Positions 15,812 through 64,000 of a DNA stretch of 64,000 nucleotides are shown here, piece by piece; positions within the stretch are counted from its first letter, which is position 1, and each line of letters starts with the position of its first letter. The position numbers and the translations under genes were made by a program. Source of the stretch: the human T2T-CHM13v2.0 reference genome, Homo sapiens. The notes beneath the pieces were generated by a model. That model was not told the DNA's origin. It saw only the letters and a list, made by a program, of their open reading frames with translations, and made no database searches. Where the stretch lies: assembly GCF_009914755.1 (NCBI RefSeq), contig NC_060938.1, one strand, 5' to 3'.

Positions 15812-16733
15812 TGAATTTCTGAAATAAGACAGAAAAGGCATTATGTAAAAAAGACAAGGTTGATACATTTTAACACATTAAAATCAAGAATTCTGTTCAA
15901 AGACATCTCAAAGTAAAGAAGACAAGCCATAATTGGGAGAAGACACTTATTTATATAATAAATAATTGAAAGAAGATTAGTATCTAGAATATAAAAAGAA
16001 CTCTTACAAATCTACTTGGAAAAATTTTTAAGCCAAAAACAGTAGGTAAAAGGCACAACAAACAATTCACAAAAAACTCATGGCCAACAAACACATGAAA
16101 ATATGAACAGTAATCAGGAAAATGCAAATTAAGACCACAGTAAAATATACTTTTATACCTACCTGATTCCCAAATAATAAGATGTTTGGTAATAACACAT
16201 GTCAGTAAGGATGTAGGTCAGCTGAAAGTCTTTAAATATTGCTGGAGGGAGCATACATTAATTGAACCACTTTGTACTACTAGATCTATTTGTAAAGTTG
16301 AACATTCGTATAGCCTCTGATCTAGCTGTTCCACTTATATAAGTGCCAAGACATACACAGGACTATTTATAGTTTATGTTCACCCACCCCCCTAAAAAGA
16401 TTGGAAACAACCCAAATATCTGTTGAAAAAAATGAATACATAAATTATGCTACAGTCACATGAAATATTAGTGCAAATAAGAGAACTACAAGTTCTTACC
16501 AGTACAAATTCACCAGTGCAAATAAGAGAATAACAAGTACATGTAACAACATGGATAAATTTTATGAATGTCATATTGAGCAGAAAAAAGTGAAATATAC
16601 CACATATTTCCTAAATTGTAAAATAACACGGAACATAAATTTTACCATCTTAACCTTTTTAAGTGTACAGTTTAGTGAAACTAAACTGGCATGAAGTACA
16701 TTCACATTGTTGTGAAATATAAATGCACAACCA

Positions 16734-17158
<425 letters not shown>

Positions 17159-17162
17159 CTAC

Positions 17163-18280
<1,118 letters not shown>

Positions 18281-18309
18281 ACACAGCAAAATTGACAAAT
18301 ATTTTATGG

Positions 18310-19000
18310 CTTTTTAGAGCAACTGTATTTTCAACTTCAATTTCTGATGCTCATTGCTAATACATAGAAATATAGTTTTTGTATCCTTGCTAAACTTATG
18401 TTCTAGGAGGTTTTGTTTTTGTTGCTGTTGACTCTGGGATTTTCTGTGTACACTATCATGTCTTCTGTGAACAGGGACAGTTTCTTTCCATTCTGTATGC
18501 TTTTTCTTTTTCTTGCCTTATTGCAAGGGCTAGGACTTCACGTATAATTTAAATAGGAGTGGTGAAAGTAGACATCCTTGCCTTGTCCTGATCTTAGGGA
18601 GAAAGCAATCTTTTACTGTGAAGTATGATTTTTAGGTGTAGGATTTTGTAGATACCCTTTATCGAGTTCAGGAAGTTCCCTTTTGTTCTAGTTTTCTGAG
18701 AGTTTGTACCATGAATATTGAATTTTGTCAAATGTTTCTTCCTGCATCAATTGACATGATCATGTGGTTTTACTTCTCAGATTGTTAATATGGCATATTA
18801 CATTGATTTTTAAGTGTTTAATCAGCTTTGCATTCCAGGTTTATGTTTCACTTTGTAATTACATATTATTCTTTTTTTATGTATTGCAGGATTTGATGTG
18901 CTAATAATTTGTTGCAATTTTTGCTTCTATGTTCATGAGAGATATTAATCTGTAATTTTCTTTTCTTTGTACTACCTTTGGCTAACTTTGGTATTGACAT
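18310..19000 (-). mobile_element. L1M ORF2 fragment
   Basis: Antisense L1 (aataggagtggtgaaagtagacatccttgccttgtcctgatcttagggag). Confidence 0.75.
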
Positions 19001-20051
19001 AATCTTTTTGGAGGGCAATTTGTTAATTGTAACAAAAGTCTAAAATGTGCTCGCCTATGGATTCCACTTTGAAGAATTTATCTTAAGGAAATAGAGATTT
19101 CTATTACACACATACTTTGGGTTCAGGTAGACCTGGATTTAAGTATGAACCCAATCCTTTATTAACTGCTTAAATTCTGTGGGTCTGTTTCCCAATCTGT
19201 AAAATGGGGATAAGAGGACCTATTTCAGACCTTATTAACTGAGACAATTCACACACAGTGCCCAAGAACCAGTAAGCTTTAAGTAAATGGTAACTCTTGG
19301 TATTATGTTATACTCTCTGGCCTCTCTGTAGGAGGACAATTCTGTCCAAATCAGAGGATGTCATCTTTGCTTCTGTATTGGCTCCCACTTTGAATCTCCT
19401 TAATCTTCCTCATCTCTAATTTCGCCGTCTTCTGTTAGACGTGTTAGGCCTTGAGAATACAAAAGCAACAAAAGATATCGTCCTTGTTTTCAGAGACATG
19501 AACCTCCTAGACACAGGCGCAAACGGTACCAAGCAATGTAACAGAACAAAAGTGAGACGTCTGCCCAAGGGGCAGCCGACCCTGGACATGCATTCAGAGC
19601 GTCAGTGTCAGCTGACACTCGGGAGTGACAGCTCGGGCAGTCACCGAGCTGGGAAGACAGGAGGGAGTGCCGCAACTTCTTCAGTGTAGCCTTAAGTCGC
19701 GGTGAGGGGCGCGTAGAGACTTGCTGCTCCCATAGCAACGGGACCAGCCACCCTCTACAGGCCTGACGGGTTACTTCCGTTCACCGTCGGCTGAGCCAAG
19801 AAAGGCCGCTTCCGATCCTCCAGCCCCCGAGGCGCGGGGGCGCGCGGACGCCCGGTTATAACTGAACAACCCGAGCCCCACGTCTCTGATTGGCTCAGGC
19901 AGAGGAAGGGGGCGGGAGATCGGCAACGAAGGGCGTAGCCGGCTTCCACTCAAACTTGAGGTTTCCCCCCATCCCCTCACAGCGGAAGCCGACCTCGCCC
20001 GCCCCGGAAGTGCAAACTGTGTGGTCTGGCAGGTGTGGATTCCGCCGGTGA

Positions 20052-26260
<6,209 letters not shown>

Positions 26261-26639
26261 CCGACCACACGTGTCCTAAGCAGATTGCTTAGGCAGATAC
26301 AGAATGAAGAGGAGACTTGAGTGTTGCTGCTGAAGCACATCCTTGCAATGTGGGAGTGCACAGGAGTCCACCTAAAAAAAAAATCCTTGATACTGTTGCC
26401 TGCCTTTTTAGTCACCCCGTAACAAGGGCACACATCCAGCACTGTGTCTTGCCTTTCAGATCTTAACAGAGCAGCAGGGCTTAACTTGTTGATTTTGGAG
26501 CCTCTTAGTGACCTGGTTGCGTCTGTGTCAGGAACTTAAACTTTCTGGTTCAGTAGTGTGTTAAACATAACACTGAATACCTTACTGGGATACAGATTTT
26601 TGCTCAGAAATGGCTATGACACTTTTTCTAGGCTCTACC

Positions 26640-26645
26640 AATAAA
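26640..26645 (+). terminator. EIF2B2: EIF2B2 proximal poly(A) signal
   Basis: AATAAA 380 nt after the stop codon, followed by a GT/T-rich downstream element (gttggtttatttattgt). Confidence 0.8.
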
Positions 26646-26783
26646 AGCCACTTGAAGGTTCCATAGTTGGTTTATTTATTGTCCTACTCTGACAGAACTG
26701 CTTGAAACAGCAGCAGCAGAGCCTTTTTTGTGTTTGCATAGAGGGCTGTAGTTAGCGGGAAAAGTGTACAACATGGTAGTACT

Positions 26784-27084
26784 GGCCAGATGCAGTGGCT
26801 CCCACTTGTAATCCTGGACTTTGGGAGGCTTGTTTGAGGCTTGTTTGAGGCTTGTTTGAGGCCTGGAGTTTGAGATTAGCCTGGCAACATAGCAAGATCC
26901 TGTCTCTACAAAAAAATATTTTAAAAAATTAGCCAGACATGGTGGCACATGCCTGTGGCCTCGCTATGCTGGAGGCTGAGGTGGGAGGATCACTTGAGCC
27001 CATGAGTTCAAGGCTTCAGTGAGCTATCATTGTACCACTGCACTCCTGCCTGGATGATAGAGCAAGACTCTGTCTCTAAAAAAA
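26784..27084 (+). mobile_element. AluJ with internal (gaggcttgttt)x3
   Basis: Dimeric Alu; 11-mer triplication at 26825-26862. Confidence 0.85.
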
Positions 27085-27976
27085 TAACAAGTACAAATGA
27101 AAGTATAGTTTCCTTTACAATTCACTGCTCCTGGCCCCAAAGTTTGTTCATAGTCTAAAACAGTAGTTCCAAAACCTCGCTGATCATCAGAATCACCTGA
27201 GAGTGATTCCGATCACTCACTCACACAGTCTTGGGTTTCATCTCAGTCCTACTGCATCTGATCTCAGGGTTACTACCTGGGAATCTGTTTAAAGCTTCCC
27301 AGAAAAGGATAGTCTCATGTAGTGTTTATAGGACTATAAATTGGTACAGCCTTTTAGAGGGCAATTTGGAAGCTGTATTTCTAGAATTATTTGTACAAGC
27401 AAAAAGATTTATACAGAGTGTTCAGTGTAGTAGTTGTAATGTCATAGCCTAAGTGTCCAGCAATAGGAGAAAGGTTAAGTATTGACAGTTACACCGTGGA
27501 ACATTATACATGGCAATAGAAGTTTCAAAAGGATGGCTGGAGGGGCAGTGTCTGGATTGAAGGCATTTGGGCTGGTTCACTGCATTTAATGTGAATTTGT
27601 TACCAATATTTAAAAATCTGGAGATTGCACATTTCAAAAATTCAGATTTCTTGCTTTTCTTGAAAACTCAAATTTGGCAACTCTGGGCCAACATTTCCAA
27701 ATGGCAGTAGTTAGTTTGTGGTTGGGTAACATCTGATGCCATTGGATGGAACATCTCCAGTTTTCTGCAGTTCCTACTGGATCCATTTAACTCATTTATG
27801 TTATCTGCCTAACCCCTGTAGGCATTTGAGTTGTGATCCTGGTGTTAAAAGAATGGGACAGATTTGCAAGGAAGTCCATTTGATACTCTGTTAGTTAAAA
27901 ACAAGCTGGGGAAAAAAAACACAACAAGCTGCAGAGCAATATGCATAATACGGACTCATTTCCATAAAACAACACT

Positions 27977-28281
27977 GGCTGGGCGCAATGGCTCACGCCT
28001 ATAATCCCAGCACTTTGGGAGGCTGAGGAGGGCAGATCACTTGAGGTCAGGAGTTTGAGACCAGCCTGGTCAAAATGGCGAAACTAAAATACTATAATAA
28101 AATTTTTAGTTCCACTAAAAATACAAAAATTAGCCAGGTGTGGTTGTGGGTACCTGTAGTCCCAGCTACTCGGGAGGCTGAACTTGGGAAGTAGAGGTTG
28201 CAGTGAGCAGTGCCATTGGGCCACTGCACTTTAGCCTGGGCAACAGTGGGTGAGACTCTGTCTCACAAAAACAAAACAAAA
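27977..28281 (+). mobile_element. AluS with rearranged middle
   Basis: Alu head and tail; AT-rich insertion near 28085-28110. Confidence 0.85.
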
Positions 28282-29415
28282 TTATATGTACACGCATAGG
28301 GAAACAGTATAGAAGTATAATACCAAGCACAGCAAGCAGAGGGACATCCTCTAATTTTGTTGACATGTTTATGCTTACATATTGTTTCCGGTTTTTAACC
28401 TAAAAAGTCTCCCAGGTGATCCAGATTTTCTGCCATGTTTAGGAACTAGTGGTCCAAAGCAGGGCCTCTTGTGCAGTGTCTGTGTGGGTGGAGGGAGCAC
28501 TAAGAATCTGCATGTTTAACAAATACCCTGTGGGCTTTGAACAGGTGATTTGAAACCACATTTTGGTTAACACTGGGCAGAGGTAGGTTCTGAGGGAAAG
28601 GTCTCTATTCTTTGATATCTCTTTGAGAGCGATCTTTGCCTTAGGTCTTCCAGAGAGGGGAAAAAAGTAAGACCTCAGAAAGTCGGCATTTTACACTGAC
28701 CTAAAAGCTGTATGACTCAGAAGAGCCTGACTCACTCAGGCTCAGTCTTTCTATTATTTCTTAAAGCATCTAAGACCCCACGCTTTCTCAGTGAAGTGGC
28801 TTGTAGCTACCAATTACGAGCAATTGTCTCCTCCAAAGGCACCAATTCTAACAGCAATTCACTTGGGTACAATTGTGTGGTTTGGAGTAAGAGCAGCAGT
28901 GAGGCAAGGAACTTAAATCTGTTCCTGGCTCCAAAAATGCTTTATGATACTTGTCCTTTGTCCATCTTAGTCTCTGTGTCTAAAATTAGCACCAACATCC
29001 TTCCCAGGCATGACTGAGTTGGATGAAGGTTATAAGGGTAGAAGCTCTCTTTCTGGTCAGCTCTTACAGTGCCTAGAACAGAACTGCAGGAATGCATACT
29101 TTTTAGAATCTTTATGACCCCAATTAAGTAAACCCTATTAAGGCTCATCTTCCTATTTCCCCTCTCTCCGTTTCCCTATTTGAGGAGGGGTAAGTATCAG
29201 AAAGAGAGAACCTGAACTGAACAGGAGGAAACAGAAGTTCCACATCAACTCACTACCTGTCAGCCTTGGTATCAGGGGTGCCCACCTCCCACCCCTGCCT
29301 TGCTGGCGGAACCGAGAAACTCGGAAAAAAACAAACAAAAAAACAACTGTTGTAGCTTGGAGAGAATTAATAGAACTAGGATTCCATGGATGTGAAAGTC
29401 TTCCTCAATATGCTA

Positions 29416-29421
29416 AATAAA
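29416..29421 (+). terminator. Possible EIF2B2 distal poly(A) signal
   Basis: AATAAA followed by GT/T-rich sequence (gtttgt, ttttttt); would give a 3' UTR of about 3.2 kb. Confidence 0.45.
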
Positions 29422-30026
29422 CCAAGTTAGATAACAGTGCAGTTTGTAAAGACACTTTTTTCCCACGGTTTCTATCTTCCAGTTTGGGCAGAGGGCAGGA
29501 AAGGCACAATTCTTGGAACTTGAATAAGGAACAGAAATTCCTAATTTAGCCTCAGAAGAGACATCTCTGAAAAATACTCTACCAGGAAAAACTGAAGTGT
29601 AAAATGATACCTCAAAGAAATCAATGCTGGAACCCATAGGATCATATGTTTCATGGATGTGCTTCAAAACTATTTCTCAAAGCAATCTGTTGCATCAGTC
29701 TTTGGGCTAATGAAGGCTGCCAGTCACAGTTCCATCATGGAATGACTGGCATACTCTGTAATGATCTATAATACTACAACTACATCAGAACTGCTCTGCC
29801 ATACAGATAGTACCAGATGGTGATGTGATTATTGTAAAGGCCTCACACTATCCACCTGTCCTTGCAAAAACTCCCTTAGCAGACATGCACCTAGTTGACA
29901 TGAAAGAACAATTTTGAAATGTGATTTGGAAGTGTTTTATATCTGGCCGACTTTGCTTTGAATTATTCTTTCATTTGCCAAAGAGCTCTTGCAAGGTACT
30001 GCACAATGGCTAGGCAATTATTATTA

Positions 30027-30065
30027 TTAATAGTAAAAACTGCAATTGCTTTTGCACCAACTTAA
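30027..30065. mobile_element. Half of a MADE1 (Hsmar1 MITE)
   Basis: aaaaactgcaattgcttttgcaccaactta matches the MADE1 terminal inverted repeat. Confidence 0.65.
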
Positions 30066-30844
30066 AGAGCTAAAGTCTAAGCTTCCAGTCTCCCAGCATC
30101 CCTCACACGATGGAGGGCAGCACTTGAGTCTAATCATGCTTGAGATGGTGATTGCCTGATATGTATATTAAATACTATGCTGAAGAGACGGATCCTTTCA
30201 ATAGTGTTTTTTTCAAGCATGTTACATTTAGAATTAAGACCTGCCTAGAAAATAAGCTACTTAGTGCTGAAGAAACAAAAACTTGACAAGATTCCTAAGT
30301 TATCATTTATATGTAATATTCTTCCTACAACACTGGGTTTGGAAGGATAATAAATACATAAAAATAAAATTCTGCAGTTAACTAATATGAAAAAGAGGTA
30401 ATGCAGTGTTGAATAATGAGAAACTGCTAATTGCGGTAGCTAACTCCAAGCCACTTTTTTTGGACTGCTCGGCCCATCATGGGGCATTCCTTACTTTGGA
30501 AGTAGATAAGAGCAAGTTGGAAGGCCAGAGTCAGGCAAGGCTGGCCAAATCCCACTTCTGCAGGCTGCTGCTTGAATCATCCTGGCCTGATAGATTCCCA
30601 CATGCAGCACACTGCGATTCCCACACGCTTGGATCCGGTTGCCTGGACTATATCCGATGCTTCTGGGTAAGACTGAGTGCTCTGTAACTAATGGGCCTGG
30701 GGTGAAAATGATCCAAGGGTTGGAAACATCCTAAGCCATGTGATAACCTCTTTTTTTTCTTTATATCCCCCACAAGTTCTGATACAATACATTTAGAAAG
30801 GAACTCACTGAAGATTTGCTGAATGAAGAGAGGGATGGAAGGAA

Positions 30845-33800
30845 AAAGGAAGGAAGGAAGGGTTTATTTGATGCAGATTCTTCAGCATTTTGTTTTCACA
30901 GACTCCCTTCTTTTCCCCTCTTCTGGACCCACCTTTTTGCCATCTCACCGTTGATGAGCAGCTTCAGCTTAGAGGGTAAAGACAGGCATGATCGCGACTG
31001 GCCAGCATACTGGCCGGTTCTCTCTGTTAGCAGACTTTTGCCAAGGGTTTGGATGGAATGGGTGGCTCTTCAGGTGGAAAACAGGTCGTGGGGGTCAGGT
31101 TTTGGGTGCCTGAAACTGCTCTTCCTTCACTCCACTGTGCCATGACTGGCTCCCACCCGAAGCTTCAGCTGAGCTGGCTTGTCAGGGCTCGCTAGGAACT
31201 GCTGAGCTGCATCTGTCCTTACTTGGCGTGGCTTCCTCAGCCCCCTCCACATCTCAAGAACGTGGCCTTGGGCCCCTTTCTGCTCTGACCATTTTGCTTG
31301 CCTGGGTTTTTTCACTGTCTGCCATGCGCAGATCCCAGCTGTTCATTTGTACCTGACCTCTGACTGCTAGAACCTCTCCATTCTTACATCTCATGTAGTT
31401 CCAGGTCCCCAGCCAGGTTCTGGATGTTACCCAAGCCCCCTCCCCATTCTCCAGCTTCATTCTAGCCTACACTTTATGCTTTGCCTTAAGCTTTTCTGAT
31501 ACTAGCTCCTATTACCATCTCTAGTCTTAATTCTGATAGTGGGACTGCTAGCTCCTCTTCTTTCAATAATAAAGGGCTAGCTGTAACTAGCTGTGACTCT
31601 GTGATACCTAACGCCAGAAGAAGCTACTATATTCTATCATTAGTTTCCTTGTCTTTCTCAGTGACTAAAGCTAAGCCTCTTGAAGGTAGAGACAGCCATA
31701 GGAACCTTCACTTCTCAATGAAGTGTTGATGAATGTTACAGAAAAAGGAACTCTCAAGAATGGCTGCATTTTACATCTCATCTCTCAAGTTTTACTCTGA
31801 AGTTACTAAAGCCTTCAGCGACCAGAATCTAATAAAGGTGAATCACCAAGTTTATAAATGAATGAATTCCTAATAAATTAAAAATATAAGGGATAGCATA
31901 TGGGTAATAATGGGAAGGACTGTGCAGTTTGAAGTCACTCAGACCTGGGTCTGAATTCTGGCTCTTACAGCTAAGCCTTCAGCAAACCAGTTAACAGCTC
32001 CGAGCTTCGAAGTTTTATTATACAAAGGTGACAACTAGGTTCCTAAGAGGAACCTTCGTTTCCCACTTTGTAAAATGGTGATAAAGCTACCACCTTACCT
32101 CATGGACTGTCAAGAAACTAAACTAAGATAAAGTATGAGAAAAATTATTTTGTAAACCTTAAAGCACAATATAGGTATTAATGATTACTATTATAAATTA
32201 CATGTATCTTTGTTCTTATGGCATCTGAGTTAAAAACAACATAAAACCCTAACAGGCGATAAAGGTAATCTATTAGATATTTTTCCCTAATAGGTTGTTT
32301 TTATGCTGAGGCATGCCCCCACACTTATAAATTATGAAAACAGAATAATTATCTCTTACATTGCTTGAGTCAGGCTAGTCAGGAAGGCCGGTTACATAAT
32401 TTATGGAGGACTTTTTCTAATCCTCTGCTACTCTCAAGAAAACAGTAGTTGGGATTACATATAGCAAAACCTTCTGAAATCATAAGAGGCACTGAGACAC
32501 TTTTTAAAATCCCTCAAATTGGTCTGGCCTTAAAAGATTTTTACAACTCCCAGGACAGTTGGCCTCCATGCAGCCCTCAAGCAGGGAGGCGGAGGCCCTG
32601 AGGCCACACTGCCACACTGGGCCTGGAGGCAGAGCCCCTGACAGCCTGGCAAATCCTCTGAAAACTCTCTCCTTTCTAAGGTCATGTCTTCCCATCTATA
32701 AAACATCCGTTTATATGTATTTAGAAGAATAAAAGCCATTTTTTAGACAGTAGGGCCTGTTCTTCAGGATTCCAATTACGTAAATCTACAAGGATCCCCT
32801 TGAAAACAAGTGAAGGTTTTCTCTGAACCTTCTCTGGGGCAGACGCTAATGAATGCAATACTTTCATTGCTCCTGTAAGATTCACTTCAAGGCTGCTGGC
32901 AAAGGAACTTTTCTTCCATGAGCACGAATTGGTTTCCTGTATTAAAAAATGAGGAAAATCATTCAATTGATATAAAAGCCACTTTGAGCAGGCTGGTCAG
33001 GAAATACAAAAGTAGAAATTCTCATTGCATCATCTTACTAATTGTATAGCACCCCAGTTGCAATAAACATTACCAGCTGGCTTTTTGCATTTTTTTTCTA
33101 CTATGCAATTTTAGTCTGTTGAGTCCTATTAACCACAAATCATGTGAAAAGGTGCGGGAAAAATAGATTGAGAATGGCATAACAAGCATTTGCAGAACGA
33201 TCAGTCCTGGTCCCAAGTGATATTATAAGGGCAATAGATAGGCATAATGTAATAACACCAAGATACCGTTTGAAAGGGACCCAAAGAACCCTTGTCTCCT
33301 GAAAGAAAAAGTGTAAAGATATTTGGTTAGGTTGAACGTATGTATGCTGTGTTTTGATATGACAATTGCTTTCACATAAAGAGATACTTTATAAAGTACC
33401 AAAAAAAATCATATTTTAAAAAACAAGCTCATAGTATTTTCACCATTTTACTGGTTTGGGATATTGAACATCAGTCTCTGAGTTTTTAAAGAAAACATAA
33501 CAAAAAACCCGGAACAGGACTTTAAATTTTCTCTGTTCTATCCTTGTCCTTTTTATCAATAGTTTTTATCCCTAAAATAACTAAAGGCCTGATGAAAGAC
33601 CCTAGAGAATGTTTTCACTGTAGTAGAGAAACTCTTTAAGTCTGAGATGTAGCACATGAAGCAGCAGCATAGGGAAGTGAAGAAGACTGAAGGGAAAAGA
33701 GGGGACCAGTGCAGAAACCCTGGGGGCAGCCTGGGAAGGCAGACTACCCCTTGGACTTGAGCATCAGCTGAATTAGATACACGCAAATGTGAAGCTTGAA

Positions 33801-34155
33801 AAAAAACTGTACAAAAACAAAAATCACACCCTTCAAATAACAAACCAAGCAACCAATCAAACTGTCATTAAATTTTATCATTAAATAAGTAGCAAAAGGT
33901 AGATACTATATAGCAACCTTCTGTGCCCATGGATGCAAATGAATGAATTGTCTTTAGGCTTGAATTTCATCTGGCTACTCAACTAGGGGAATCATCTGCT
34001 CAAGAAAGACTGATACAGAGAGCCCTGCTGTCTAAGCTGCTCAGGGACACTGGGCTGATTCAGTCAGGGCCGTGCTGGTACCTGCTGCTGCTGCTCTCTG
34101 CTCAGAGGCATACAGTGAACATCCCTTTGTTCCTTTTAGACCAGTGATTCTGTTC
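30845..34155 (-). other. MLH3: MLH3 long 3' UTR (about 3.3 kb)
   Basis: Alu-free stretch after the stop codon, ending near a minus-strand AATAAA followed by a pyrimidine-rich tract; end position approximate. Confidence 0.65.
30863..30868 (-). terminator. MLH3: MLH3 distal poly(A) signal
   Basis: TTTATT on + (AATAAA on -), with U/C-rich sequence downstream on the minus strand. Confidence 0.65.

Positions 34156-64000
<29,845 letters not shown>

Noticed and set aside
30406-30687. 93-aa ORF with a strong donor (G|gtaaga near 30667) between the genes
   Set aside because: Non-ATG start, no clear acceptor and no recognisable product.

Overview
Human (hominid) genomic DNA, recognisable as the 14q24.3 EIF2B2-MLH3 locus. 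Bases 1-19.5 kb are repeat-rich intergenic sequence (Alu, L1M, MIR, MaLR). They contain an enlarged 2.37 kb solo LTR12C (ERV9) with an ATAG target-site duplication and seven near-identical 160-bp CCAAT/GATA enhancer units, pointing towards EIF2B2. EIF2B2 (+ strand) is complete: 8 exons with GT-AG junctions that sum to 1056 nt (351 aa). MLH3 (- strand) is present from the 3' end of its large exon 2 through exon 13 and a 3' UTR of about 3.3 kb, convergent with EIF2B2. The most notable observations are: (1) a very young AluYa5 in MLH3 intron 7 forms an inverted-Alu bracket around the 72-nt in-frame exon carrying the DQHA(X)2E(X)4E endonuclease motif; (2) a VNTR-like enhancer expansion and a degraded poly(A) signal in the LTR12C upstream of EIF2B2; (3) a WW-domain-like motif in the MLH3 linker; (4) a U6/L1 chimeric retrocopy interrupted by an Alu; (5) a BC200 retrocopy; (6) (TA)n tracts next to splice sites in both genes. 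Exon boundaries were read by hand. Exon and residue numbering and repeat subfamily names come from recalled canonical transcripts and consensus sequences, so boundaries of old repeats are approximate.
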